Positions 42,623-51,782 of a DNA stretch of 64,000 bases are shown piece after piece. The stretch comes from an uncultured Gemmatimonadales bacterium (GTDB taxonomy: Bacteria > Gemmatimonadota > Gemmatimonadetes > Longimicrobiales > Longimicrobiaceae). Location of the stretch: contig OY970303.1 of NCBI GenBank assembly GCA_963716255.1, forward strand, positions 4,352,001-4,416,000. The letters run 5' to 3'. Position numbers and translations under genes: made by a program. The notes beneath the pieces are model-generated. The model was not told where the DNA came from, made no database searches, and saw nothing but the letters and a program-made list of their open reading frames with translations. Numbering within the stretch: the first letter of the stretch is position 1; each line of letters begins with the position of its first letter.

Positions 42623-43981
42623 ATGAGCGTTCCGCTGAGGGTGTTCCGCGCCGGGTGGGTGCTGCCGGTGGCGGCGCCGCCGCTTCGCGACGGGGCGGTG
42701 CTGGTGGGGACGGACGGGAGGATCGCGGCGGTGGGGCCGCGGCTGTCCATCGAGCCGCCGGAGGGGGCCGAGGTGGTGGAGCTGGGCGATGCGGCGCTCC
42801 TCCCGGGGCTGGTGAACGTGCACGCCCACCCGGAGCTGGCGCTCTTCCGGGGGGGGCTGGAGGACCTGCGATTCCGCGACTGGATCCTGCGCCTCGTCGG
42901 CGCAAAACGCGCGGCGCTGACCGACGCCGACTACGACCTGGCGGCGCGCTGGGCGATGGTGGAGTCGCTGCGCGCGGGGATCACCACGCTGGCGGCCACG
43001 GAGATGTCCGGCGCTTCCGCGGGGGCGCTGCGCGAGGCGGGGATGCGCGGCATCGTCTTCCGCGAGACCTTCGGGCCGGACCCGGCGCAGGCGGAGGATT
43101 CCATCGCCGAGCTGCGCAGGGCGGTGGAGGAGCTGCGGCGCGGGGAGTCGGAGCTGGTGCGGGTGGGGATCTCCCCGCACGCGCCGTACACCGTCTCCGA
43201 CCGGCTCTTCGCGGCCGCGGCGGAGTACGCGCTCGCGGAGGGGCTGCCGGTGGCGGTGCACGCCGCGGAATCGGCGGCGGAGGACGACCTGGTGATCCGC
43301 GGGGACGGCGACTTCGCGCCGGGGCTTCGGGCGCGCGGCATCGACACCCCCGTGCGCGGGCGCTCCACCGTGGAGATGCTGGACCGGCTGGGGGTGCTGC
43401 GCACGCGGCCGCTGCTGATCCATTGCGTGCGCCTGGACGCCGCCGACGTGCTGCGCCTGGCCGACGCCGGGGCGGCGGTGGCCCACTGCCCGGTGGCCAA
43501 CGCGCGCCTGGGGCACGGCGTCGCTCCCGTCCCGGAGCTGAGGGAGGCGGGGGTGCGGGTGGGGCTGGGGACCGATTCGGTGGGGAGCAACAACCGCACG
43601 GACCTGCTGGAGGAGGCGCGTGTCGCTTCCATCCTGCACCGGGCCGGGCAGCGCAGCCCGGACTGCCTCCCGGCGGAGGAGCTGCTGCGCCTGTGCACCC
43701 TGGACGGGGCGCGGGCGCTGGGGCTGGACGACCGCATCGGCTCGCTGGAGCCGGGCAAGGACGCTGACCTGTGCGCCGTGTCGCTGGCGGCGCCGCACGC
43801 GCGGCCGGTGCACGACCCGCTGGCCGCCCTGTTCCACGCGGCGCGGGGCACGGACGTGGTCCTCGCCGCCGTGCGCGGCCGCATCCTCTTCCGGGACGGA
43901 CGGGTGCTGACGCTGGACGCCGACTCGCTGGGGGAGGCCGTGGACGCGGCGGCGGCGCGGCTGGGCGGGCACCTGCGGTGA
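42623..43981 (+). CDS. Metal-dependent amidohydrolase (MTA/SAH deaminase-like)
   Basis: PGLVNVHAH, PHAPY, HAAES, HCP, LGTDS, GSLEPGKDADL. Confidence 0.9.
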   Translation: MSVPLRVFRAGWVLPVAAPPLRDGAVLVGTDGRIAAVGPRLSIEPPEGAEVVELGDAALLPGLVNVHAHPELALFRGGLEDLRFRDWILRLVGAKRAALTDADYDLAARWAMVESLRAGITTLAATEMSGASAGALREAGMRGIVFRETFGPDPAQAEDSIAELRRAVEELRRGESELVRVGISPHAPYTVSDRLFAAAAEYALAEGLPVAVHAAESAAEDDLVIRGDGDFAPGLRARGIDTPVRGRSTVEMLDRLGVLRTRPLLIHCVRLDAADVLRLADAGAAVAHCPVANARLGHGVAPVPELREAGVRVGLGTDSVGSNNRTDLLEEARVASILHRAGQRSPDCLPAEELLRLCTLDGARALGLDDRIGSLEPGKDADLCAVSLAAPHARPVHDPLAALFHAARGTDVVLAAVRGRILFRDGRVLTLDADSLGEAVDAAAARLGGHLR

Positions 43982-44703
43982 CGGCGCTCCCCCGCGCCCG
44001 CGGCGCCGAGCTGATGGACGAGCCGGAGGTGGACCGCCGCCAGCTCGCCACCAGCCTGGCGGACCTGCGGGGGGTGAACCGCTGGCTGGGGGGAACGCGC
44101 GTGGTGCTGCGCCACCTTGCCGCGATGGCGGCCGGACTCGCATCGGAGGAATTCACCGTGCTGGACGTGGGGACCGGCTCCGGCGACATCCCGCTTCACG
44201 TGGCGCGCTGGGCGCGCGGGCGGGGGCTGCGCGCGCGCGTGGTCGCCACGGACGCCCACGCGGGCACCCTGGCGCTGGCGCGCGAGCACGCGGAACGCGA
44301 CCCGGACGTGCGGGTGGAGCACGCCGACGCCCTGGCGCTGCCGTACGCGGACGGGGAGTTCGACTTCGCGCTCTGCTCCACTGCGCTTCACCACTTCGCA
44401 GACGACGACGCGGTCCGCGTCCTCCGCGAGCTGGACCGGGTGGCCCGCCGGGGCGTGGTCGTCAACGACCTGCGCCGCTCCCGCCCGGCGCTGCTGGGCG
44501 CGCGCCTCCTGGCCGCCACGGTGTGGCGCGCGCACCCGGTCACCCGCCACGACGGGCCGCTCTCCGTCCGCCGCGCCTTCACCCCGGGCGAGCTGCTGGA
44601 GCTGGGGCGGCGCGCGGGGATGCGCGGGGCGCGGGTGCACGCGCACCCTCCCTTCCGGGTGGCGCTGGTGGCGGACCGCACCCGCGGCCCGGCGGGGGTG
44701 TGA
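43978..44703 (+). CDS. SAM-dependent methyltransferase
   Basis: ELMD, VNRWLGG, LDVGTGSGD, LHHF, NDLRR, HDGPLSVRRAF; GTGA overlap. Confidence 0.88.
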   Translation: MTALPRARGAELMDEPEVDRRQLATSLADLRGVNRWLGGTRVVLRHLAAMAAGLASEEFTVLDVGTGSGDIPLHVARWARGRGLRARVVATDAHAGTLALAREHAERDPDVRVEHADALALPYADGEFDFALCSTALHHFADDDAVRVLRELDRVARRGVVVNDLRRSRPALLGARLLAATVWRAHPVTRHDGPLSVRRAFTPGELLELGRRAGMRGARVHAHPPFRVALVADRTRGPAGV

Positions 44704-45887
44704 TGGCGGGCCCGGGAGCCTGGGACGCGGTGGTGGTGGGGGCGGGGCCGGCGGGCTCCGCGACCGCCGCGCGCCTGGCCCGGGCCGGCTTCGCCGTGCT
44801 GCTGCTGGACCGCGCGGAGTTCCCGCGCCGCAAGCCGTGCGGCGAGTGCGTCAACCCCGCCGGGGTGGAGGCGCTCGGCCGCCTGGGCGCGCTCCCGGCC
44901 GTGCTGGCGGCGGGGCCCGCGACGCTGGAGGGGTGGCGGATCCGCGCCGGCGGCGCGGCGGGCTTCCAGGGCGGCTTCCCGGACGCCCGCACGGGGCTGG
45001 GGATCGCGCGGGAGGTCCTGGACCCGCTGCTCTTGGAGCACGCGCGTGCCTGCGGCGCCGAGGTGCGCACCGGCGTCCGCGTGCGCGACCTGCTGCGCGG
45101 GGGCCGGGCGGTCCGCGGCGTGGCCGCGTCCGATGGGGGCTGCGGCCTGGAGATCCCCGCGCGGATCGTGGTGGGCGCGGACGGGCTGCGCTCCGTGATC
45201 CTCCGGCGGCTGGGGCTGGTGCGCCGGGCGCCGCGGCTGCGCAAGGTGGCGCTCACGGCGCACGTGCGCGGCGCCGACGGGCTGGGGACGCGCGGCGAGC
45301 TGCGGGTGCGCGGCGGCGGGTGCCTGGGGATCGCGCCGGTGGGCGGCGGGCTCGCCAACGTCAGCATCGTCGTCGCCGGGGACGACGCGCGCGGGGTGGG
45401 CGGCGACGCGGCGGGGTTCTTCGACCGGGCGCTGCGGGATTTCGGCTTCGCGGAGCTCGTGAGGGTGGACGAAGTGCTCGCCACCGGCCCCTTCGACTGG
45501 CCGGTACGGCGCGCCGTGGCCGATGGGGCCGTGCTTGTCGGCGATGCGGCCGGCTACTATGATCCGTTCACCGGGCAGGGGATCTTCCGGGCCCTGCGCG
45601 GCGCGGAGCTGGCCGCCGACGCCGTCGGCGCCGCGCTCCTCCGGGGCGACACGTCGGCCGCCGCGCTTGCCGGGTACGAGCGGGCGCGGCGGCGCGCCTT
45701 CGGGGCGGGGGAGCGGATGCAGCGCCTGGTGGAAGCGTTCGTCGCCCGGCCGCGCGCCCTGGCCGCCGTGTCGCGGCGGCTCGGCCGCCGCCCCGAGGTG
45801 GCCGACGCGCTGATCCGCGTCACCGGCGACCTGGAGCCGGTCCGCTCCTTGCTGCACCCCGCGCTCCTGCTCCGGCTCGCGTGGTAG
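44703..45887 (+). CDS. FAD-dependent oxidoreductase (geranylgeranyl reductase/halogenase-like)
   Basis: VVGAGPAG, FPRRKPCGE, GADG, VGDAAGYYDPFTGQGI. Confidence 0.88.
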   Translation: MAGPGAWDAVVVGAGPAGSATAARLARAGFAVLLLDRAEFPRRKPCGECVNPAGVEALGRLGALPAVLAAGPATLEGWRIRAGGAAGFQGGFPDARTGLGIAREVLDPLLLEHARACGAEVRTGVRVRDLLRGGRAVRGVAASDGGCGLEIPARIVVGADGLRSVILRRLGLVRRAPRLRKVALTAHVRGADGLGTRGELRVRGGGCLGIAPVGGGLANVSIVVAGDDARGVGGDAAGFFDRALRDFGFAELVRVDEVLATGPFDWPVRRAVADGAVLVGDAAGYYDPFTGQGIFRALRGAELAADAVGAALLRGDTSAAALAGYERARRRAFGAGERMQRLVEAFVARPRALAAVSRRLGRRPEVADALIRVTGDLEPVRSLLHPALLLRLAW

Positions 45888-45922
45888 GCCGCCGGCCCGT
45901 CCTTCATCCCAGCCCCCGACCC

Positions 45923-46558
45923 GTGCGAGCCATCGCCGAGCTGTACGACGTCACCTGGCCGGTGGGGGAGGGAATCCCCGTCTGGCCCGGCGACGCCCCC
46001 TGCGCGCTGGAGTGGACGATGCTCCGCTCGCGCGGCGCTTCCGTGAACGTGGCGGAGCTGCGGATGAGCGCCCACACCGGGACGCACGCCGACGGCCCCT
46101 TCCACGTCGCCGACGACGGCGCCCGCATCGGCGCGGCGCCGCTGGACGCGTACCTGGGGCCCGCCCTGCTGGTGGACGTGGACCGGGGCGCGCCCATCGA
46201 CGCGGCGCTGGTGGGACGGGTGCTCGCCGCCGGGCCCGTGGAGCGGGTGCTCTTCCGCACGGGGTGCTGGACGGACCCCGCCGTCTTCCCCACCGCCTTC
46301 CCCGCGCCGGAGCCGGACGCCGCGCGCGCGCTGGTGGAGGCCGGGGTGCGCCTGGTGGGTACCGACGCGCCCTCGGTGGACCCGTACGATTCCACGGAGC
46401 TGGCCACCCACCACGTGCTGGGCGCGGGCGGCGTCGCCATCCTGGAGAACCTGCACCTCGCCGGGGTGCCCGCGGGGCGCTGGGAATTGATCGCCCTCCC
46501 GCTGCGCCTGGCCGACGCCGACGCGTCGCCGGTGCGGGCCGTGCTGCGCCGGCCGTGA
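45923..46558 (+). CDS. Cyclase family protein (kynurenine formamidase KynB-like)
   Basis: VWPGD, HTGTHADGPFH, GTDAPSVD, ILENL, DASPVRA. Confidence 0.88.
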   Translation: MRAIAELYDVTWPVGEGIPVWPGDAPCALEWTMLRSRGASVNVAELRMSAHTGTHADGPFHVADDGARIGAAPLDAYLGPALLVDVDRGAPIDAALVGRVLAAGPVERVLFRTGCWTDPAVFPTAFPAPEPDAARALVEAGVRLVGTDAPSVDPYDSTELATHHVLGAGGVAILENLHLAGVPAGRWELIALPLRLADADASPVRAVLRRP

Positions 46559-47385
46559 TGGACCACCCCGCCGTCCGCACGGTGCTCGCGCCCAACCCGT
46601 CGCCGATGACGCTGGACGGGACGCGCACCTACGTGGTGGGGCGCGAGCGCCCGGTGGTGATCGACCCGGGACCGGCGCTGGACGGGCACGTGGCGGCGGT
46701 GGAGGCAGCGCTCGGCGGGGTGCCCCCCGCGGCGATCCTGCTTACGCACTCGCATGCCGACCACTCCGGCGCCGCGCCCGCGCTCGCCGAGCGCACCGGG
46801 GCACCGGTGTGCATGGCGCGCGGCGCGCTCCGCTCGGGCTTCGCCCCGGGGCTGGTGGTGGCCCGCTGGATCGGCGACGGCGACGTGGTGGAGTGCGACG
46901 CCGGGACGCTGAGCGCCATCGCAACGCCGGGGCACGCGCCGGAGCACCTGGCGTTCGTTTTGCGTCAGGGTGTACGGTCCTCGTGGGACGCGCTCTTCGT
47001 CGGCGACCACCTGATGGGGGAGGGCGACACGGTCCTGGTCGCCCCGCCGGAGGGCGACCTCGCGGACTACCTGGAATCGCTGGAGCGCCTGGGCGCCGCC
47101 GAGGCCGAGGTCATGTACCCAGCCCACGGCCCCCCCATCACCGACCCGGCGGCGGCGCTCCGCCGCTACGCCGCGCACCGGGAGACGCGCATCGTCCAGG
47201 TGCGCGACGCGCTGCGCGAGGGCGGGCCGGCGCGCCCCGCGGCGCTGGTGCGGCGCGTGTACGGCCCGGAGCTCGACCGCTCGCTGGTGCGGGCCGCCGA
47301 GGGCTCGGTGGGCGCGATCCTGGGCTACCTGGAAAAGCGCGGCGAGGTGCGCCGCAAGCTCCTCGGCCGCTGGGCGCTCGTCTGA
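46558..47385 (+). CDS. MBL-fold metallo-hydrolase (LACTB2-like)
   Basis: APNPSPMTLDGT, THSHADH, TPGH, GDH, PAHG. Confidence 0.9.
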   Translation: MDHPAVRTVLAPNPSPMTLDGTRTYVVGRERPVVIDPGPALDGHVAAVEAALGGVPPAAILLTHSHADHSGAAPALAERTGAPVCMARGALRSGFAPGLVVARWIGDGDVVECDAGTLSAIATPGHAPEHLAFVLRQGVRSSWDALFVGDHLMGEGDTVLVAPPEGDLADYLESLERLGAAEAEVMYPAHGPPITDPAAALRRYAAHRETRIVQVRDALREGGPARPAALVRRVYGPELDRSLVRAAEGSVGAILGYLEKRGEVRRKLLGRWALV

Positions 47386-47424
47386 AGCTCCCGCCGGACC
47401 CGGAATCCTCCTCCGACCCGACGC

Positions 47425-48999
47425 ATGACCCCGACCGAAGCCGCGCTCGCCCGGATCCGACCGGAGACCATCGACGCCCACCTGCGCTTCCTTTCGCACC
47501 CGCTGCTGGAGGGGCGCTCGCCGGGAACGCGGGGCGGCGACCTGGCCGCGGAGTACGTGCGGGCGCAGTTCCGGCGCATCGGCCTGCGGCCCATGGGAGA
47601 GTCGTACTTCCAGCCGGTGCCGCTGGTGGGGCTCACCCCGGAGCCGCGGCTGGAGCTGGAATTCCCCGACGGGGGTCGGCTGGAGCCGGCGTACCGGGAC
47701 GACTTCGTGATGAAGGCCGGGGTGCCGCAGCCGGAAGTGGAGGCCGCCGGGGAGCTGGTCTACGTGGGCTACGGCATCTCCGCCCCGGAGTACGGCTGGG
47801 ACGACTACGAGGACGTGGACGTGCGCGGCCGGGTGCTGCTGATGCGCGTCAACGACCCGGGCACCGAGGCCACGCCAGGCTTCTTCGGCGGGCGCGCGCT
47901 CACCTACTACGGGCGCTGGACCTACAAGTACGAGGAGGCTTCGCGCCGCGGGGCCGCGGGCGTGCTCCTGGTGCACACCGACGAATCCGCCGGCTACGGC
48001 TGGAACGTGGTGCGCACCTCCAACACCGGCGAGCAGTTCGACCTGGCGGGGCCGCCGGAGCTGCCGCTCCCGGTGAAGGGGTGGATCTCCTCGGGCGCCG
48101 CGGCGGAGGCGCTGCGCCGTGCCGGCCACGACCCGGACGAGCTGCTGCGGCGCTCCGAGGAGCGCGGCTTCCACCCCGTCGCCACCGGGATCCGCGCGCG
48201 GGCCCGGGTGCGCAGCCGGGTACGGGAGGTGCGGACCGCGAACGTGGCGGGGCTGCTCCCCGGCGCCGGGGCGGCGCTGGCGGAGGAGGTGGTGCTGCTC
48301 ACCTCGCACTACGACCACCTGGGGACCGGCGAGGGGGAGGACGGCGGGCGCGTGGTGTACCACGGCGCCTACGACAACGCCAGCGGGGTCGCCCTGCTGA
48401 TGGCCGTCGCCGAGGCCGCCGCGGCGCTCCCGGAGCCTCCCCGGCGCCCGCTGCTCTTCGTGTCCACCACGGCGGAGGAATCCGGGCTGCTGGGCGCCGA
48501 ATGGTACGCGCGCCACCCGCTCTTCCCGCTGGCCCGCACCGCGGCGGCGCTGAACCTGGACGGCGCCAACCTGGAGGGGCGCACGCGCGACCTCGCGCCG
48601 CTGGGGGCCGACCGCTCGGAGCTGGGGGAGACGGTGCGCGAGGCCGCCGGGGCGGAGGGGATGACGCTGCGCGCCGACCCGCACCCGGAGCAGGGGATGT
48701 TCTTCCGGCAGGACCACTTCCCGCTGGCGCGCGCCGGCGTCCCCGCGCTGGCGCTGGACCACGGTCTGGACTACGCGGACCGGCCGGAGGGGTGGGGCGA
48801 GGGGTGGTACGAGGAGTTCGTCGCCCGCCACTACCACCAGCCCTCCGACGCCTACCGCGAGGGGCTGGACTACGGCGGGGCGGTGCAGCAGGGGCGGGTG
48901 CTCCTGCGCACCGCGCTGGCGGTGGCGGGGGCCGCGGGGCTCCCGGGGTGGAACCCGGGCTCCGAGTTCACGCGGCGCGGCGAGGAACGCACGGGGTGA
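47425..48999 (+). CDS. M28 family metallopeptidase with PA domain
   Basis: EGRSPGT, YYGRWTYK, SHYDHLG, GAYDNASG, AEESGLLG, YHQPSD. Confidence 0.92.
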   Translation: MTPTEAALARIRPETIDAHLRFLSHPLLEGRSPGTRGGDLAAEYVRAQFRRIGLRPMGESYFQPVPLVGLTPEPRLELEFPDGGRLEPAYRDDFVMKAGVPQPEVEAAGELVYVGYGISAPEYGWDDYEDVDVRGRVLLMRVNDPGTEATPGFFGGRALTYYGRWTYKYEEASRRGAAGVLLVHTDESAGYGWNVVRTSNTGEQFDLAGPPELPLPVKGWISSGAAAEALRRAGHDPDELLRRSEERGFHPVATGIRARARVRSRVREVRTANVAGLLPGAGAALAEEVVLLTSHYDHLGTGEGEDGGRVVYHGAYDNASGVALLMAVAEAAAALPEPPRRPLLFVSTTAEESGLLGAEWYARHPLFPLARTAAALNLDGANLEGRTRDLAPLGADRSELGETVREAAGAEGMTLRADPHPEQGMFFRQDHFPLARAGVPALALDHGLDYADRPEGWGEGWYEEFVARHYHQPSDAYREGLDYGGAVQQGRVLLRTALAVAGAAGLPGWNPGSEFTRRGEERTG

Positions 49000-49068
49000 C
49001 GCGCAAGTATCAGGTACAGGGACTGGCGGATCGGGCGCGTGGCGAAGTCTGAAACGCGGTGGCCGGAC

Positions 49069-50529
49069 ATGCTTACGACACTTTCCACCAGCCCCGTCCT
49101 GGAGGCGCTCCCGGACGGGATCTACACCCTGGACGAGACGGGGCGCATCACCTACTGGAACGCCGCCGCCGAGCGCCTGCTGGGAATTTCCCGCGACGCC
49201 GCGCTCGGCCGTCCCTTCCGGGAGGTGGTGCCCCGCCCCGACGGCGACGACGCGTGGGCGATGCTGCTGCGCGTGCTGGAGGACCGCGCGCCCCGCGACT
49301 ACCTGGAGTCGTACTCCGCCGCCGCGCTCCCCCGCCGCGTGGCGGTGCACGCCGCCCCCCTGGACGGCGAAGGGGTGGTGGTGCACTTCCGCGACGCCAC
49401 GGCGGAGCTGGTGGTACAGGAGCAGTACGCGCGGCTGCTGGAGGCGATCCGCGACGGCTTCGTGGCGGTGGACTCCGCCTGGCGCATCGTCTACATCAAC
49501 CGCGCCGCCGAGCAGCTCCTGCGCCTCCCGCGCGACCGCGCCACCGGGATGAACGTGCACGCCCTGCTCCCGCCCGGCCCCCCGGAGATCATGGAGGCGC
49601 TGCTCGCCACCATGGCCGACGGGGAGCCGCGCCACCTCGCCGCCGTGCGCCCGGAGTCGCGCGCCTTCCGCGACCGATTCTTCGACGTGTGGACGTACCC
49701 GCTCCCCTTCGGCGGGGTGTCCATCCTCTTCGAGGACGTGACCGGCCAGGTGGGCCGCGAGGTGGACCTGGCGCGCCTGGCCGCCGAGGCCGAGGAGGCG
49801 AACCGCGCCAAGAGCCGCTTCTTCACCGCGGTGAGCCACGAGCTGCGCACCCCGCTGAACGCCATCGTCGGCTACACGCACCTGCTGAGCACCGAGACGT
49901 ACGGCCCGGTTCCCCCCGGCGCGCAGCGCGCCGCGGAGCGCGCCGGGATCTGCGCGGAGCACCTGGCGCGCCTGGTGGACGACGTGCTGCTGCTGACCAC
50001 CGCCGAGGTGGGCCGCCTCCCCGTCTCCCCCTCGCCCGTGTCGCTGGCGAAGTTCCTCGGCGCCGCGCTGGAGCCGCTCCGCCAGCAGGCGGAGGCGAAG
50101 CGCCTGGCGTTCGTGGTGGAGGTGGCGGAGGACGCGGCCGAAGTGGAGACCGACCCCGACCGCCTCCGCCAGCTCCTTCTGGCGCTGGTGGCGAACGCGG
50201 TGAAGTTCACGGCGCAGGGCGGGGTGAGGATCGCCACGCGGGCGCCGCCGGGCGACCCGCGCGCGCTGGAGGTGACGGTGGAGGACACCGGCCCCGGGAT
50301 CTCGCCGGAGGACCGCGACCGGATCTTCGAGGTGTTCGAGCAGCTGGGCGACCCCGCCCGCACCGATTCCATGAGCCGCGGCACCGGCGCGGGGCTGACC
50401 ATCGCGCGGAAGCTGGCCGCGCTGCTGCACGGATCCCTCTGCGTGGAGGGGCGCGAGGGCGGGGGATCGGTGTTCCGCCTGCGCCTGCCGCGCGCCTTCA
50501 CCCCCGGCGCCGCCGAGCCCGCCGCCTGA
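49069..50529 (+). CDS. PAS-PAS sensor histidine kinase
   Basis: Two PAS (WNAAAE, INRAAE); SHELRTPL, NAVKFT, DTGPGI, GAGL. Confidence 0.92.
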   Translation: MLTTLSTSPVLEALPDGIYTLDETGRITYWNAAAERLLGISRDAALGRPFREVVPRPDGDDAWAMLLRVLEDRAPRDYLESYSAAALPRRVAVHAAPLDGEGVVVHFRDATAELVVQEQYARLLEAIRDGFVAVDSAWRIVYINRAAEQLLRLPRDRATGMNVHALLPPGPPEIMEALLATMADGEPRHLAAVRPESRAFRDRFFDVWTYPLPFGGVSILFEDVTGQVGREVDLARLAAEAEEANRAKSRFFTAVSHELRTPLNAIVGYTHLLSTETYGPVPPGAQRAAERAGICAEHLARLVDDVLLLTTAEVGRLPVSPSPVSLAKFLGAALEPLRQQAEAKRLAFVVEVAEDAAEVETDPDRLRQLLLALVANAVKFTAQGGVRIATRAPPGDPRALEVTVEDTGPGISPEDRDRIFEVFEQLGDPARTDSMSRGTGAGLTIARKLAALLHGSLCVEGREGGGSVFRLRLPRAFTPGAAEPAA

Positions 50530-50629
50530 CGTGATCCGCGTGGCCGCTTCGGTCCGCACGGTGGAAGGCGCCGCGGGTTTTCGCTAGCTTCGGACGATGG
50601 TTCGTCCGAAATCTCGCTGCCACGCCGCC

Positions 50630-51670
50630 ATGCTCCGCCTGCACGAATACCGCTACGCCCGCCCGGCCCGCCTGGCCGAAGCCCTGGAGCTCCTCCACGG
50701 CCGCGAGGACGCCATGCCCGTCGCCGGGGGGACGGACCTGGTCCCCAACATGAAGCACCGGCTCTGGACGCCGCGGCTGCTGGTGGGGCTCAAGGGCGTG
50801 GAGGAGATGGCGGGGATCCGCCTGGAGGACGCGGAAGGCCGCCCCGTGGCGGAGGGCGACCCGGAGGCGCGCTGGCTGTCGCTGGGCGCCTCCACCACGC
50901 TCACCGGGGTGTCGCGCCACCCGATGGTGCGCCGCTTCTTCCCCTCGCTGGCGGAGGCGGCGGGGAAGGTCGCCGGGCCGCAGGTCCGCAACCAGGGCAC
51001 CCTGGGCGGCAACCTGTGCCTGGACACGCGCTGCACCTACTACAACCAGAGCCTGTTCTGGCGGCAGGCGCTGGGCTTCTGCCTCAAAAAGGACGGCGAC
51101 GTCTGCCACGTCACCAGGGTGGGGAAGAAGTGCGTGGCCGCGCACTCCGCCGACACCGTGCCCGTGCTGATGACGCTGGGCGCGACGGTGGAGCTGGCCT
51201 CCGCGGAGGGAGTGCGGACGGTGTCCGTGGACGACCTGTTCGTGGCGGACGGCAAGTGGAACACGGTCCGGCGCCCGGGCGAGCTGGTGGTGCGGGTGCG
51301 CATTCCCGCGCCGCCGCCGGGGCTGCGCACGGCGTACCGCAAGCTGCGGCAGCGGCAGTCCATCGACTTCCCGCTCCTGTCGGTGGCGCTGGCCGCCGAC
51401 GTGGCGGAGGACCACACGGTGCGGGCGATGTCGCTGGTGGTGTCCGCGCTGGGCTCGCGGCCGCGCGTGGTGACCGGGCTGGACGGGCTCGTGGCGGGGC
51501 GCCCGGTGGGCGAGGTGGCGGACGCGGTGGCGCAGCAGGCATTCAAGCAGTGTCACCCGCTGGAAAACATCACCGTGGACCCGGAGTGGCGCCGCGCCAT
51601 GGTGCCGGTATACGTGCGCCGGGCGGTGGAGGAGATCGCGCGCGGCCAGGTTGGATCGAAACGGCTTTGA
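50630..51670 (+). CDS. FAD-binding subunit of molybdopterin dehydrogenase family, 4-hydroxybenzoyl-CoA reductase beta-like with Fe-S insert
   Basis: AGGTDL, RNQGTLGGN, RCTYYNQ..CLK..CH..C insert. Confidence 0.82.
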   Translation: MLRLHEYRYARPARLAEALELLHGREDAMPVAGGTDLVPNMKHRLWTPRLLVGLKGVEEMAGIRLEDAEGRPVAEGDPEARWLSLGASTTLTGVSRHPMVRRFFPSLAEAAGKVAGPQVRNQGTLGGNLCLDTRCTYYNQSLFWRQALGFCLKKDGDVCHVTRVGKKCVAAHSADTVPVLMTLGATVELASAEGVRTVSVDDLFVADGKWNTVRRPGELVVRVRIPAPPPGLRTAYRKLRQRQSIDFPLLSVALAADVAEDHTVRAMSLVVSALGSRPRVVTGLDGLVAGRPVGEVADAVAQQAFKQCHPLENITVDPEWRRAMVPVYVRRAVEEIARGQVGSKRL

Positions 51671-51676
51671 ACTGCG

Positions 51677-51782
51677 GGGTCGGGCGTGCCCCCGGCTGGC
51701 GCCGGGGTCGGGCTTCGGCTCCGTTACGCACGATAAAACTGTGCGTAACGGAGTCGAGCCCCGCCGAACTGCCGGCGGGTCT
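51677..51782 (-). repeat. Repeat family A copy 6, first fragment (interrupted by IS)
   Basis: Matches family A up to ...ggcgggtct then diverges abruptly. Confidence 0.93.
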
